The position numbers and the translations under genes are program-made. Under the pieces are notes generated by a model. The model searched no databases and was not told the origin of the DNA. It saw only the letters and a program-made list of their open reading frames with translations. DNA of 64,000 bases from Stylophora pistillata (taxonomy: Eukaryota): positions 74,317 to 138,316 of the forward strand of contig NW_019217898.1 in assembly GCF_002571385.2 (NCBI RefSeq). Direction: 5' to 3'. Below, piece by piece: positions 50,406 through 61,062 of this stretch (within the stretch, counting starts at the first letter, position 1; each line of letters starts with the position of its first letter).

Positions 50406-51386
50406 NNNNNNNNNNNNNNNNNNNACGAAGAAATCATCGGCTTAAGAAGTCAGTTTCTAAATATTTATTGCATGCTTCGAGGCTCCTCCACTTTGAGAAC
50501 GGCTGACTTCCTGAGTACCTGCTCCAGCCGGAAACTGCTGTTTGAGTTTCAGGGTTTGAACTTGAACTATTGGAAGACCTAGCTTGCAAGACTTCTTTGA
50601 ATTGAGGATGATCAATAATCTGGCGAACAAGCAAGTCGACAGTGGGAGTAGAGTTCGCCATAATTATTCGATTCCTCGATCAAAGTTTTCCCGCTTTCCA
50701 AAATAACGCCGCTGGCCAAAGCGATAACGGGCACAATAGCCGAATATATTTTACTTACTTTTGTCCTGTCATATATTTATTTATTCAGTACCATATACAT
50801 TGACTTGGTCCATGCCATATATATGTTGCACATATATTCTATTCATATATTTATTTGATCCCTGCCATATGTACGTAACTTTTGCATTTTATTTTTTGGG
50901 CACACAATATTGTCCTATGTAGCACCCGATTAAAAATAAGGCCTGAAATAAAATTCTGGCCCGTACGGGATTTGAACCCATGACCTTTGCGATACCGATA
51001 GTGCTTGGGGTATTGCTTTGCTGTTTAATAACAATGCGTGAAAAACACGGTAAGTCTTTGTTATTGCATGAAAGCATTGTTTTATTTACTCGAAAGAAAA
51101 GATTTACTTAGAATTGTCACGAATTTCTGATTTAGTTTGATTATAGTTAGAGTTCGCTTCCTTCTTGCGAATGTGTATCTTCTTCATTTGAATTTGTTCT
51201 GATTGAGTCCTTCATTTGATTATTTTAAGCACAGTATGCATTTAAAATCAGCCTTTACTGGGAGACAGAGAGGACTTTCATGTCTAAGTCTGATGGAAAA
51301 AATAATAAAAAAGTAATCCTCACATTAGACCCGGCCCAAGAGCCATAATTATGGCTCTTATAACCCGGCCTTAACAGCTCGGCGCG

Positions 51387-51394
51387 TGACGTCA
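51387..51394. promoter_or_regulatory. Full palindromic CRE (TGACGTCA) about 125 bp upstream of the WD40-SOCS ATG
   Basis: GCGCGTGACGTCACATAAGATGG in a CpG-rich promoter; AAGATGG resembles a YY1 core. Confidence 0.5.
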
Positions 51395-51518
51395 CATAAG
51401 ATGGTCGCGGCATCCACCTACTTATAATCCCTACGCGTCAATATTTTTTTGCAGCTGTTGCCTGGCATTTCAAATCGCTGTCTTCTTCTTGAGACTTCCT
51501 CTAAACAATAACTACGCC

Positions 51519-54500
51519 ATGGGGGTAACCTGTACGACCCATTACTTTCCTCAGTCGCGTCAGGAATCTGCCCCGTTGTCCTCAAAGCTCTACAAACCAT
51601 TTCCGAAGAAAAAGCGCAGTACTCGCGGCGGTGTAATTATGCAATTAACGGGGGAAGGACTGGCAAGTAGCATCCCTCCGCGATACATCAACGAGCTGAT
51701 CTCTTCAGTTCGATATCGTTATCAATACCAGTGTTCCTTTGCTGCCCAGGATGACTCCGAACTTATTTACGGTAAGATACGATACACGATATTTCTCAGT
51801 TTCAGAATGTTTAGCGCACGGATGAACTACAAATCCAAAAGGAACGTTATCCATGATTGACCAATGACAAAATCATTGTATTTTGCATTTGGCCATATAT
51901 TATTTGTGTCGAGAATTTCGAAGCTTGTTTAATTTTTAACTCGAAAAGATTGTGATATGGCGATTTTAAAATAGTTCTTTCGCTGGTTGCTTTAACGAGA
52001 TTTTGATATGAATGTCAAGATCGTTTTCAATGTATTTTTTTTTTTCATATAATTACTTGCTGTAGCCGCACTGTTTTACTTACACCTGTACATACATAAA
52101 AGAAAGCAATACCCCAATTTTTATGAGATATGTTTTTTCGCCCGTTGTTTGAATTAGGAGACCGAACACTTTTTTCACTGAGACTAAAAAAGGACTAAGT
52201 CTCCCTTTAAAACGTTGCCTGCGATAAGCCAAGTGTGCGTAGACGAATCGATGAGGAAAATGGCGGTATATAGAAGGGAATATTCATTATATATTTAAAA
52301 GACTGTGTGGATGAAGACGAAAACAGTAAGTCTATCATAAATGCAAATGCTGTACTAAAATTTTCATTTTATAAATATGTGATGATCACGATGGAATAGT
52401 CGACTGATTTAAATAGCGGTTATTTTGCGAGAATAGATTGACGGCACAAGGCTTAATTGTAAGTGAACTATTCATTCTCTTGACAGTTTTGCATATGACT
52501 ACAACAAGCTGCACGGCCATTAAAACTCGTTCATATATTGGTGTGCGCTGAAAATGGAATTCTTTAGGAAGATATGCGTCACAATATCAGGATGACTTAG
52601 CTCCTCGGCCAACGAGCTGATTAAATCAAAAATTAAAACAGGGCGACCCTATCTGAATACCCGAGAAAACAATAATGCAACTAATAACCAACTGTCTGTA
52701 GGACTCTCTCTTTTTTTTACCTGTTCGCCATGATAATCTAATCGACGAAAAGTAATGACAAACATAAGGCAACAGTTCTTTTTTTTTTTTTAATTGTTGC
52801 CTGGGGCAGAGGGTGGAGGATTTTTTTCGGGAAGGGTTACATGGTTTTCATGACGCACGGAGACGAGATCACTCGTCACTCGTCACTCGTCACTCGTCAC
52901 TCGTCACTCGTCACTCGTCACTCGTCACTCGTCACCAACAGAGTTTAGAAAATTGACGACCAATTAACTGCCAACGAAGGGAGGGGGGTCATAATAATAT
53001 TAAAGATCCTTGGGGGGATCAGATAAGATTTATCGTGACACAACCAAAATCCTCCAACCTTCCCCCCTCCCCGGTCCCTAAATTGAACCAAAAAAAGTCT
53101 GTATAATCGATATCGGTGGCACAGTTATTATACCGTAGTTCTTGGATGCACTATATTTTGACTGCTCATAACAGTTTTTTCTCAGACACGAAGTAGAGAT
53201 TTCACTACGGTATACTGTAACTTTATCCCTCCTGCTGGCTTATAGATATTGAAATAATTAACAACTGTTAGATTCGGTTTTCGCATGATAGCGATAATTA
53301 TCAAGGCCAAAGTTTGTGTTATCGGCCGAAGCCGAAGGCTTCGTGAACAGTTGAGCTTATTTTTCACTCTTACATGACTCTTTCCTAGGAGTTGTGGTGG
53401 AGCCAACATATCACTTGGCTAAGCATCCGACCTTTACTTCTCGCACGCGCACGTGGGACTTAGCATCCTCGCCCTCAACGGCCATTACCAAGTATCATTG
53501 CACATTAACTTCCGGTCCTTGGTCGATCTCCCCGGATGGACAACAGTTGTGCTGCTTAGCCATGAAACCGGGCATAGACGAAGAGGAAGATCTTTTCTTA
53601 TCGAGGTACGACTCTACACCGCAGAAATGTACTCCTTGTAATATCCCAGGGAGTTTGTCGGAATATCGACGGATTTATCCCCAGGGATGTCCTTACTCGC
53701 ACGATGGGAGCATGATTGCTTCAAGTCGCGTTGTTGCCGGAGCCCTCCAATTGACAATCACTGCAGCGCGTAACGGAAAGACAATTTGCAGTGGAAGAGT
53801 CAGCAGGGCTTGCTTTGGTTTTCGTGGTGTTGTCGTTAATTGTACATTCTCTCCAAACAATTGCCTTCTTGCTGTTACCTCTTCTTACGGACAGTTATAT
53901 TTGTTGAACTCTACCAGGTTAACCCGTGTGAACAGTTTAGATTGTGCGACTATTCTGTCTCCATACAAAGTTTCAGAACTTGCTAATGGAAACACGGAAG
54001 ACTTCGTCACGCATTCCGTTTGCGTGTTTGATCCACGATTCCCTTTCCAAGAGTTTCTCACTTGCGTCCCGTACGCTGGGGTAGTGAAGATGTGGCATAT
54101 ATCATGTTGCGATAAGAAAGATTCAGAGATTCAAAACAGACATACGTTAACCTTCAAACAGCTATTAAACGTGGTTAGGTATTCTCCTAATGGAACGATT
54201 CTGGCTGTGGGGGGAAACGATGGGACCATCTCTTGTATAAGTGTTGATGATGGAACTGTGAGCTTTGTTCTTGATGTCACACAACAGCCACCAGAATTCC
54301 ACAGTGATGCAGGTGTTTTTCACGTGGCGTTCACGCAGAGTGGAGAGCAACTTGCTGCCAGTTACAGTGATGGTTTCATACGAATTTGGCAACTGCCAAC
54401 AGTTTTTGATCTGAAGTTGCTATGTCGACTAGTGGTAAACGCATGCGTCCCACCCAACAAAGTTCTCCAGCTTCCATTGCCCCTAGGACTTCGAAAATTC

Positions 54501-54521
54501 CTTCTGAACATAAATTTTTGA
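51519..54521 (+). CDS. WD40-repeat and SOCS box protein (WSB-like architecture), 2 exons
   Basis: Exon 1 51519-51771 (GCCATGG, MGVTCTTHYF...ELIY) splices in phase 1 to 53389-54521. WD-type repeats (CTFSPNNCLLAV, VRYSPNGTILAVGGNDGTI, VAFTQSGEQLAASYSDGFIRIW) and a C-terminal SOCS box LKLLCRLVV..LPLPLGLRKFL. Confidence 0.88.
52870..52935. repeat. Perfect heptamer microsatellite (CACTCGT)x9
   Basis: Read directly; lies in the WD40-SOCS gene intron. Confidence 0.95.
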
Positions 54522-55316
54522 TGGTTTTGGAGGAACGTCATTTGCGGCGTGCAAACCAATAGCCCCATGAACTGAAGCAAACTGTTTGCTGAGGCGCGAG
54601 AAAACACGAGCGTCTATCTCGCGGTTATCTCGCGGTTAGTTTTAATTTTTGGTTGGTCGAGGAAGATTGGTTGAAAGTAGCTTGGCTAAACATACGATTT
54701 AAATCCGAAGAGAAACCATACTTTCAAAACATGCAGATGCAAAATCACAAATAAATGAGTTGTTAGCAATCCCGGTCTTGCTCTGATGCTAGGTCCCAGA
54801 TCACCATCAAGTTGTCGTCTTAAATCTACGATAGCAAGAAATTAATTCAGCGCAAAACCCTACCCGAAAGAACGTAACTCCTCTCTTAAGTCACCAAGTC
54901 TGTTCCAAGATGTAATTGTTTTTGGCTACTGTTTCAAAATATGCTCATTAAACGAAGTTATCCCCTTGGTGTAAAGGGAGACGTCAATACAAACATTTTA
55001 ACACCCACTCCTATTGTTCAAGCTTAATTATTCATGGGCGACGTTTTGAAACTACCTTAAAATAAATTGCTATGTCCTTCTAACTGTCGCTAAACATGCA
55101 CAAGTCACGTATAGAAATTGTAAAATAAAAATGAAAAAAAAAAAGGAGTAAACGATTATGAAAATAATAGTGATAAAAAAGCGAGGAAGTTATTATTTCT
55201 AATTTCGAGAAAAGGGGAAACAAAAAGCAACCGACACGTACCAAAACCCTATCAAGAAAAAAGCACAACAGTCAAGTGGCCCGAAAATATAACCGCCCAG
55301 AAAAAAAAAGAGAAAG

Positions 55317-55480
55317 GAATTTGGATTTTGGATTCCAGTGGATGATTTTGGATTTTTAACACTAGTGGCCGATTCTGGATTCTTGCATAATAATGGCTGA
55401 TTCTCGATTTTGGACGTTAAAGGCTGATTTTGGATTTTGGAGACTAGTGGCCGATTTTCGGAATTTGGATACTAGTGGCC
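55317..55480. repeat. Degenerate tandem repeat (GATTTTGGA / ACTAGTGGCC units)
   Basis: Repeated GATTTTGGATTTT and ACTAGTGGCCGATT upstream of PDXDC1. Confidence 0.6.
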
Positions 55481-55768
55481 AACAACATGGAATGCCTTGT
55501 CGTGTGAAAGGAAAGTCTCACAAAAATGGAGTTACAAAATATTTATAATTAACAGGCCAAGATGGATATACTTCATTGCCATGTTTCTCAAAAAAATTTG
55601 AAGAGTTTTCTAAATAGATTTTTTTGTGAAAGTAAAGTTTAGTTTGAGCTTGCGGCCTTTTCCGGTCCATTCCGTAATATTCATAATTGGCGCCCGCGAG
55701 CTCCCAAAAGCCTGGGTTCCACTAGTGACGTTGCGAGTGTCTGCGTGGCTCCTGTAGCGAAAATCAAT

Positions 55769-58700
55769 ATGGCGGACGACAGTGCGGCGTTATCGAGTGA
55801 ACAAAACCGACTTGTGGACGACGATATGAAGAAGCTTTCAGAAGACGGAAAAGTGGACCAGAAAGAGTACCTGGTTTGTTTTTTTCATGCCTTCTTTATA
55901 TTCTTTTGTATGTTTCGTTCTAGACCATAAGCCCCCACAAACTATTTTGTCAGTCCTCTGTTTTGTAAAAGTAACCTTTTAAATATTGTTTGTGGATCAG
56001 CTGTGTTATTGATTTATGGATAAGGTGGAAATAGTTACAACAGGTGCTAAAAGTTTTGGAACTCTTCTATGATTGTTTTGTCGCCTGATACGTATTGTTT
56101 TTTTTTTTTCTATTATAGGAAACATACAATGTTGTTCTCAGTTGTGTCAAGTCCTTGCTTGATTTGAGTCGGTGAGTTTGCTCGCAATTTTGTATCCAAG
56201 ATCGTTTGAAACGGAAGTATTTTTTCATGCGATATGTTGATGTTTAGCTTTTAAATGCTTAAGCGATATTTCTTGACAAAATAGTGAAATTTTTTGTCTG
56301 TTTTAATCTGTCATATTTGACCATGAACGTCATTAGGGCTATAGCTGGTAAATGTAATTACATGTCGTTGATGTGAAATGTTTATACTTTATTGCTATTT
56401 CGATATTCTTGAACAGGGACAAAGAGCACAAAGAGGAGAGTTTGTCTGAGGATACAGATGAACCACAATCGTAAGCTCACTGTTTTTTCACTCATTTGTG
56501 AAAGAAATTTTTTCAATTGTCACTTCTGGTATTAAAGTAAGGAATAGCTTCAGGATAGATTAAAGCTGGTGATCTTGCTCTATTATGCCTTGGCTAAGGG
56601 TCATGCAGCTCCTAAGCTAAGTAATTTTATTCAAGTGTAGTCCTGTTGCCCTCCCCTACCCCCCACCCCCTCCCCACTAGTTTGATTGAATTGACTGATC
56701 ACTTATCACAATTTCACTTGAGGTTAGAAGTATGAGTTGTTTTGATCAATGAGGGACACATTGGCTTCATGATTATTGTTTAGGATTGTATATCAAAAGG
56801 TCTAACTAGCTGTCAGCCTTGGCCAGATTGATGTGTTGTTTTCTTAGTCAGAACACAGAACTCTGTCATTCCCTCTCTCCACCCAGGAGTATAAATGTAT
56901 ACTGACAAACTATTGGGCCAAACTGAAAATGCTGGGGGTTACAGATCAAATACAATGAACTAGTATCCCATCTAGAGAATTAGAAGGAGGGTAGCAATAT
57001 TTTCAGTCACTTCATGCCACTGCAACAATGATAAGCTCCAGCAGGATAGACTGTCAACTAATTTTACCTTTTCTCATTGTACAACAAGTTTAGAACTTTG
57101 ACCACTTTTACTAAGAAACATTGTTGATACTCCTTGCTACCTCAAGGTCCAAACCATTCATTTTCTTATGCACGGATTTCATTAAGGGCCGGGCACCGGC
57201 CAAATTGACCGGTTGTAAGGACGGTTTTGCTCACCTGGTTTAACAATCTGGAGGAAGGTTTATCTTATAAAGTTTAGTTAAAAAAGTTTTGCCCACCTGT
57301 GAAAACCAGTTTCTCTCCTGCTGAAAACATTAATGAAACCCCTGCTTATGCTGATGTTTCATGATTGTGTAAGCCCCTTGTCATAGGGGATCTTTATCAT
57401 GGATTTTATCATGTTTAAATAAATGATGTTGTTGTTGTTGTTGTTGTTGTTATTGTTGTTGTTGTTGTTGTTGTTGTATGGTTTGATGAAGGGCTGATAT
57501 TCAAAACGTCAGCTTTAGAATCTCTTTACCACAGTCAGTTCATATTATCAGTACTCATTTGATAAAACAAAATGTTCCTGTGATACCCAATGGCTTCACC
57601 TAAGCAGCAACACAGTCTCTTAAAGCAACTTTCCCCTTTTTATTCATTTTTTATTTTATTGAGTCTGATTTTCTCTCAGTGTGACTTGACTACACTTAAA
57701 TTAAGCTTTTCCCTTTAGCAAATTCAATCCAACTTTGTAAATTATTATGGCACTGCTGAATACACGTAGACTGGATTAATCCTTACACTCCCAGAAGTGA
57801 TTATGTAGAGGTTATGTGTAGTATGCTATTATTTATGACTCCTAGGAGATAAACTGTTAGATTTGAATTTAAAAGTCATGAATATTTAAGACAGGAAGAA
57901 ATAAATTTCAAATATGTTTCCAGCTGTATTTACTCATTGTTAAGCTCTTCCTAGTTATGCATATATTAAAACTCTTGGTTGTTATGCATGACTTAATGTC
58001 ATTGTTATTGTCAAATTTTTGTTGGGAAACTTCAAATCTGTTTTGGTTTTACATGTATGCATTTAAAATTTACTACAGAAAGTCTACAAGCAGCAGGGTC
58101 TTGCTGCTTTAATTGTGAACAGTTTAACCTTTTTTGTCTTAAATAGTTTTGGTTTAAATAAAGTGTGGTTTAAAGCTTGGATAACTTCCTCATTTAAATA
58201 GGAATTTTTATTGTCTCATTAATAATAATTGTCACTTGGTTGTCACAGGAACAAACCTCTTTTTAAAGTATGTTCTTTTTGACTTGTAATTGATTTTTTA
58301 TCACAGAATTATTAAAAATTTTCTTGTCAACTTTTATACAGGAAAACAGAGTTGAGTAAAGTGCTGTCTCAAATCTGTGGCCTAGTGGATCATGAAAAGC
58401 CACAAATGCAGTAAGTGGTCCTCATCAATTTTTATTTACATAATACTTACTTGTATATACTGGCTTTTTAATTGTTAAAATGAATGGAGAATGGTAGCCA
58501 ATCTCAAGTAACTTCCAAACTTGGCAATCACTTTTCTCTACTTTTTCTTGGTCTTGGCCAGAACCTGTCTATGCTCTTATCTGGGTAGATGCACTGTGCC
58601 TAAGTACATAGAGAGGTTTCCTTCAATCATTCTAGATCCAGGTGTCAAAACAGTAAGCAGAGAATGTGAACCCTGATAAATTGATTGAATAAGGCACAGA

Positions 58701-61014
58701 GTTCCAATTCTTGAAAGTTTTATTTTTCTGTGATCAAGAATGGAAAGACAATTGGGAAAGAAAAACCACTTTAAGTCTCATTTTACTCTGATATTGTTTT
58801 TATTGAAGAATAGTGGGCATTATTAGAATTGTTTCACTTTACTGGATATTTTAAGTCTGTTCAATAACTGATGATGCCTGTGAACAAAAACAGATTCTTT
58901 TGCATATGGACCCTCTGAGAAAAGGGTTCCTATACAAATTAGGGCATCAAATCAAGTCAATATAGTGTGCGCTACTTTGCTGAGAAAATAAAGCCTTGCT
59001 ACAGCAAGTTAGTGTGTTAATAACATTCATTACACGACTCAGGCAGTCAGAGGGCCAATAACTAAAATCAACCAATCAAAATGCTCTATTACCGGTCAAT
59101 ATTCTCTCAGTTTTGGACCAGGCACTGTCCTGAATGGTCCCAAATGATACCGCACTTGCATCCCTTTGAACTTCAGTCATATAATAAATCTCTTATTAAC
59201 CAAGCTTGCTCGGGACTGTACTGGAAAAATATCAGCCCTTGGTCTTTTTTGTACAGACCTCGCTGCGCTTGGTCCATACTGTCAAGACCTTGGGCTGATA
59301 TTCTCCCAGTCCGGCCCTTGTGCTTGGTTAATAAGATATATATAAGTTAGAAATAACGTTAAGGCTTGGATAGAAAGTCTTACCTTTTTACAATGCCCTT
59401 AGTCTGAGAGATGATGATGATGCATTTTTTTTTTCAAGGTTCACCTGTACACCAGATCATTACACTCACGTCAACATCATTGGCAAGACGTTATCATTAT
59501 ATTTATCCTTGTTGGATGAAGCCTATGTAAATAAATTGTCTGCTTGTATCAGGTCTGACTGCTCTCACTGGTTATCTAAGCTGTTTGGGTAAGAAAGATT
59601 TGTCATAATTTAAATTGGAGGTTGGGCTCTTGAAATAAATAGGACACCTTGCATTTTACTTTTTTTGGCTAGTAAGGCTAATATTCACCGCAAAAAAAAG
59701 CACTTGTATATGAAACTATCAAAGCAAATCTAATGCCATAAAGAGTTAATTGATCTCAAGTTTGTTTTAAGAAACTGTAATAGATGCATGATCTGAACTG
59801 ATCAGATGGCTTAATTGAATTATGCCAGAATGGTAATTATGCTTTGCAAATGCCATAATTCTAGGGGGCATCTGGGTACATGCTCCTGGAAAAAATTGCA
59901 TGCTTCTCTAAAAAAAAAATGGAAATTCAAAACTCTTAGAGAGATGTGATTTCTATTGTTCTGGGACATCTGTGAGTAAAATTGAAAATCCAATTTGTTT
60001 TACACATACTCTGTTACATTTGCAGATATGAAAATGCTCTTTGTTGCTTTCATGAACACCAATGGGATGGGTTGGTGCGAGGTAAGGCTTGAATTATTCT
60101 TACATGTGCAGCAGTAAATGTATGCTGATGAATCAAATCTAATCAAAACTATTTCAAAATTCTTGAACCTGATTGGTTATCACTAGCCCAATTTGCAGCG
60201 TATGCGTCATGCTTGTAATAGGACAGTGTAAAAGGACAGTTGACGCATCATACCTGTGTAAGTGGACAGTACATGTCTTGTGCTTGCTGCTGTTGCACAT
60301 TTTCCCATCTAATTGGAAAAAAAAAGGTATAACTGATGTCTAGTTTCTTTTGCAAATGTTGTCATAGTTTGATTAATTAGTAACAGGACTTCATGTTGTC
60401 TAATTCTGTCTGTAATCATCCTTGTGATTGACAAATTGGACTCCCACTTCATCGTTGTCCAATTTTGTTAATCACCTGTTTGATTACAGACTGAACTGGA
60501 CACCACTCAGTCCTATTCCCATTATTAATGGTGCACAAATATGTTAGCTCAAACAACGATCTGTATTCAGTTTGCAGGTTGGCTTTACGACTGAAATACC
60601 CCAAATTTGGAACAGAAGGATTTACAGCTCTGTATACCAGGTAACATTTCTCAGGTCTCAAACTTGGGCATACTCAACAAATTACATGTATATGAAAATT
60701 TAATTTTGGCTTTGTTTAGTCGAAGATGACTACATTTAAGTTAAGATGCTCTTGTAGTGTGATTGTCAAAATATCAGTCACATCTATCAAAGCATACCCT
60801 CAATTAATTAGGAGTAAATGTTGCAAGATCAGTTGTTACACACAACATCCTTTTTTATGATTTGCATTGATTTGTTTGCAGGCCCCCTGTAGTGTACATC
60901 AGTTCATCTGCTTTTAACTCACTAGGACATTATTTGTGTACACAGGTATGTTTTCTGGAGAAAAAATTTCAATTTTAAGTTCTAATTAAAAGTCCTAAGA
61001 ACATAACTGATATC

Positions 61015-61062
<48 letters not shown>

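Noticed and set aside
50434-50661. 75-aa ORF MANSTPTVDLLVRQIIDHPQFKEVLQ
   Set aside because: Protein-like start but adjacent to a gap and repeats, with no identifiable family; possibly a transposon fragment.
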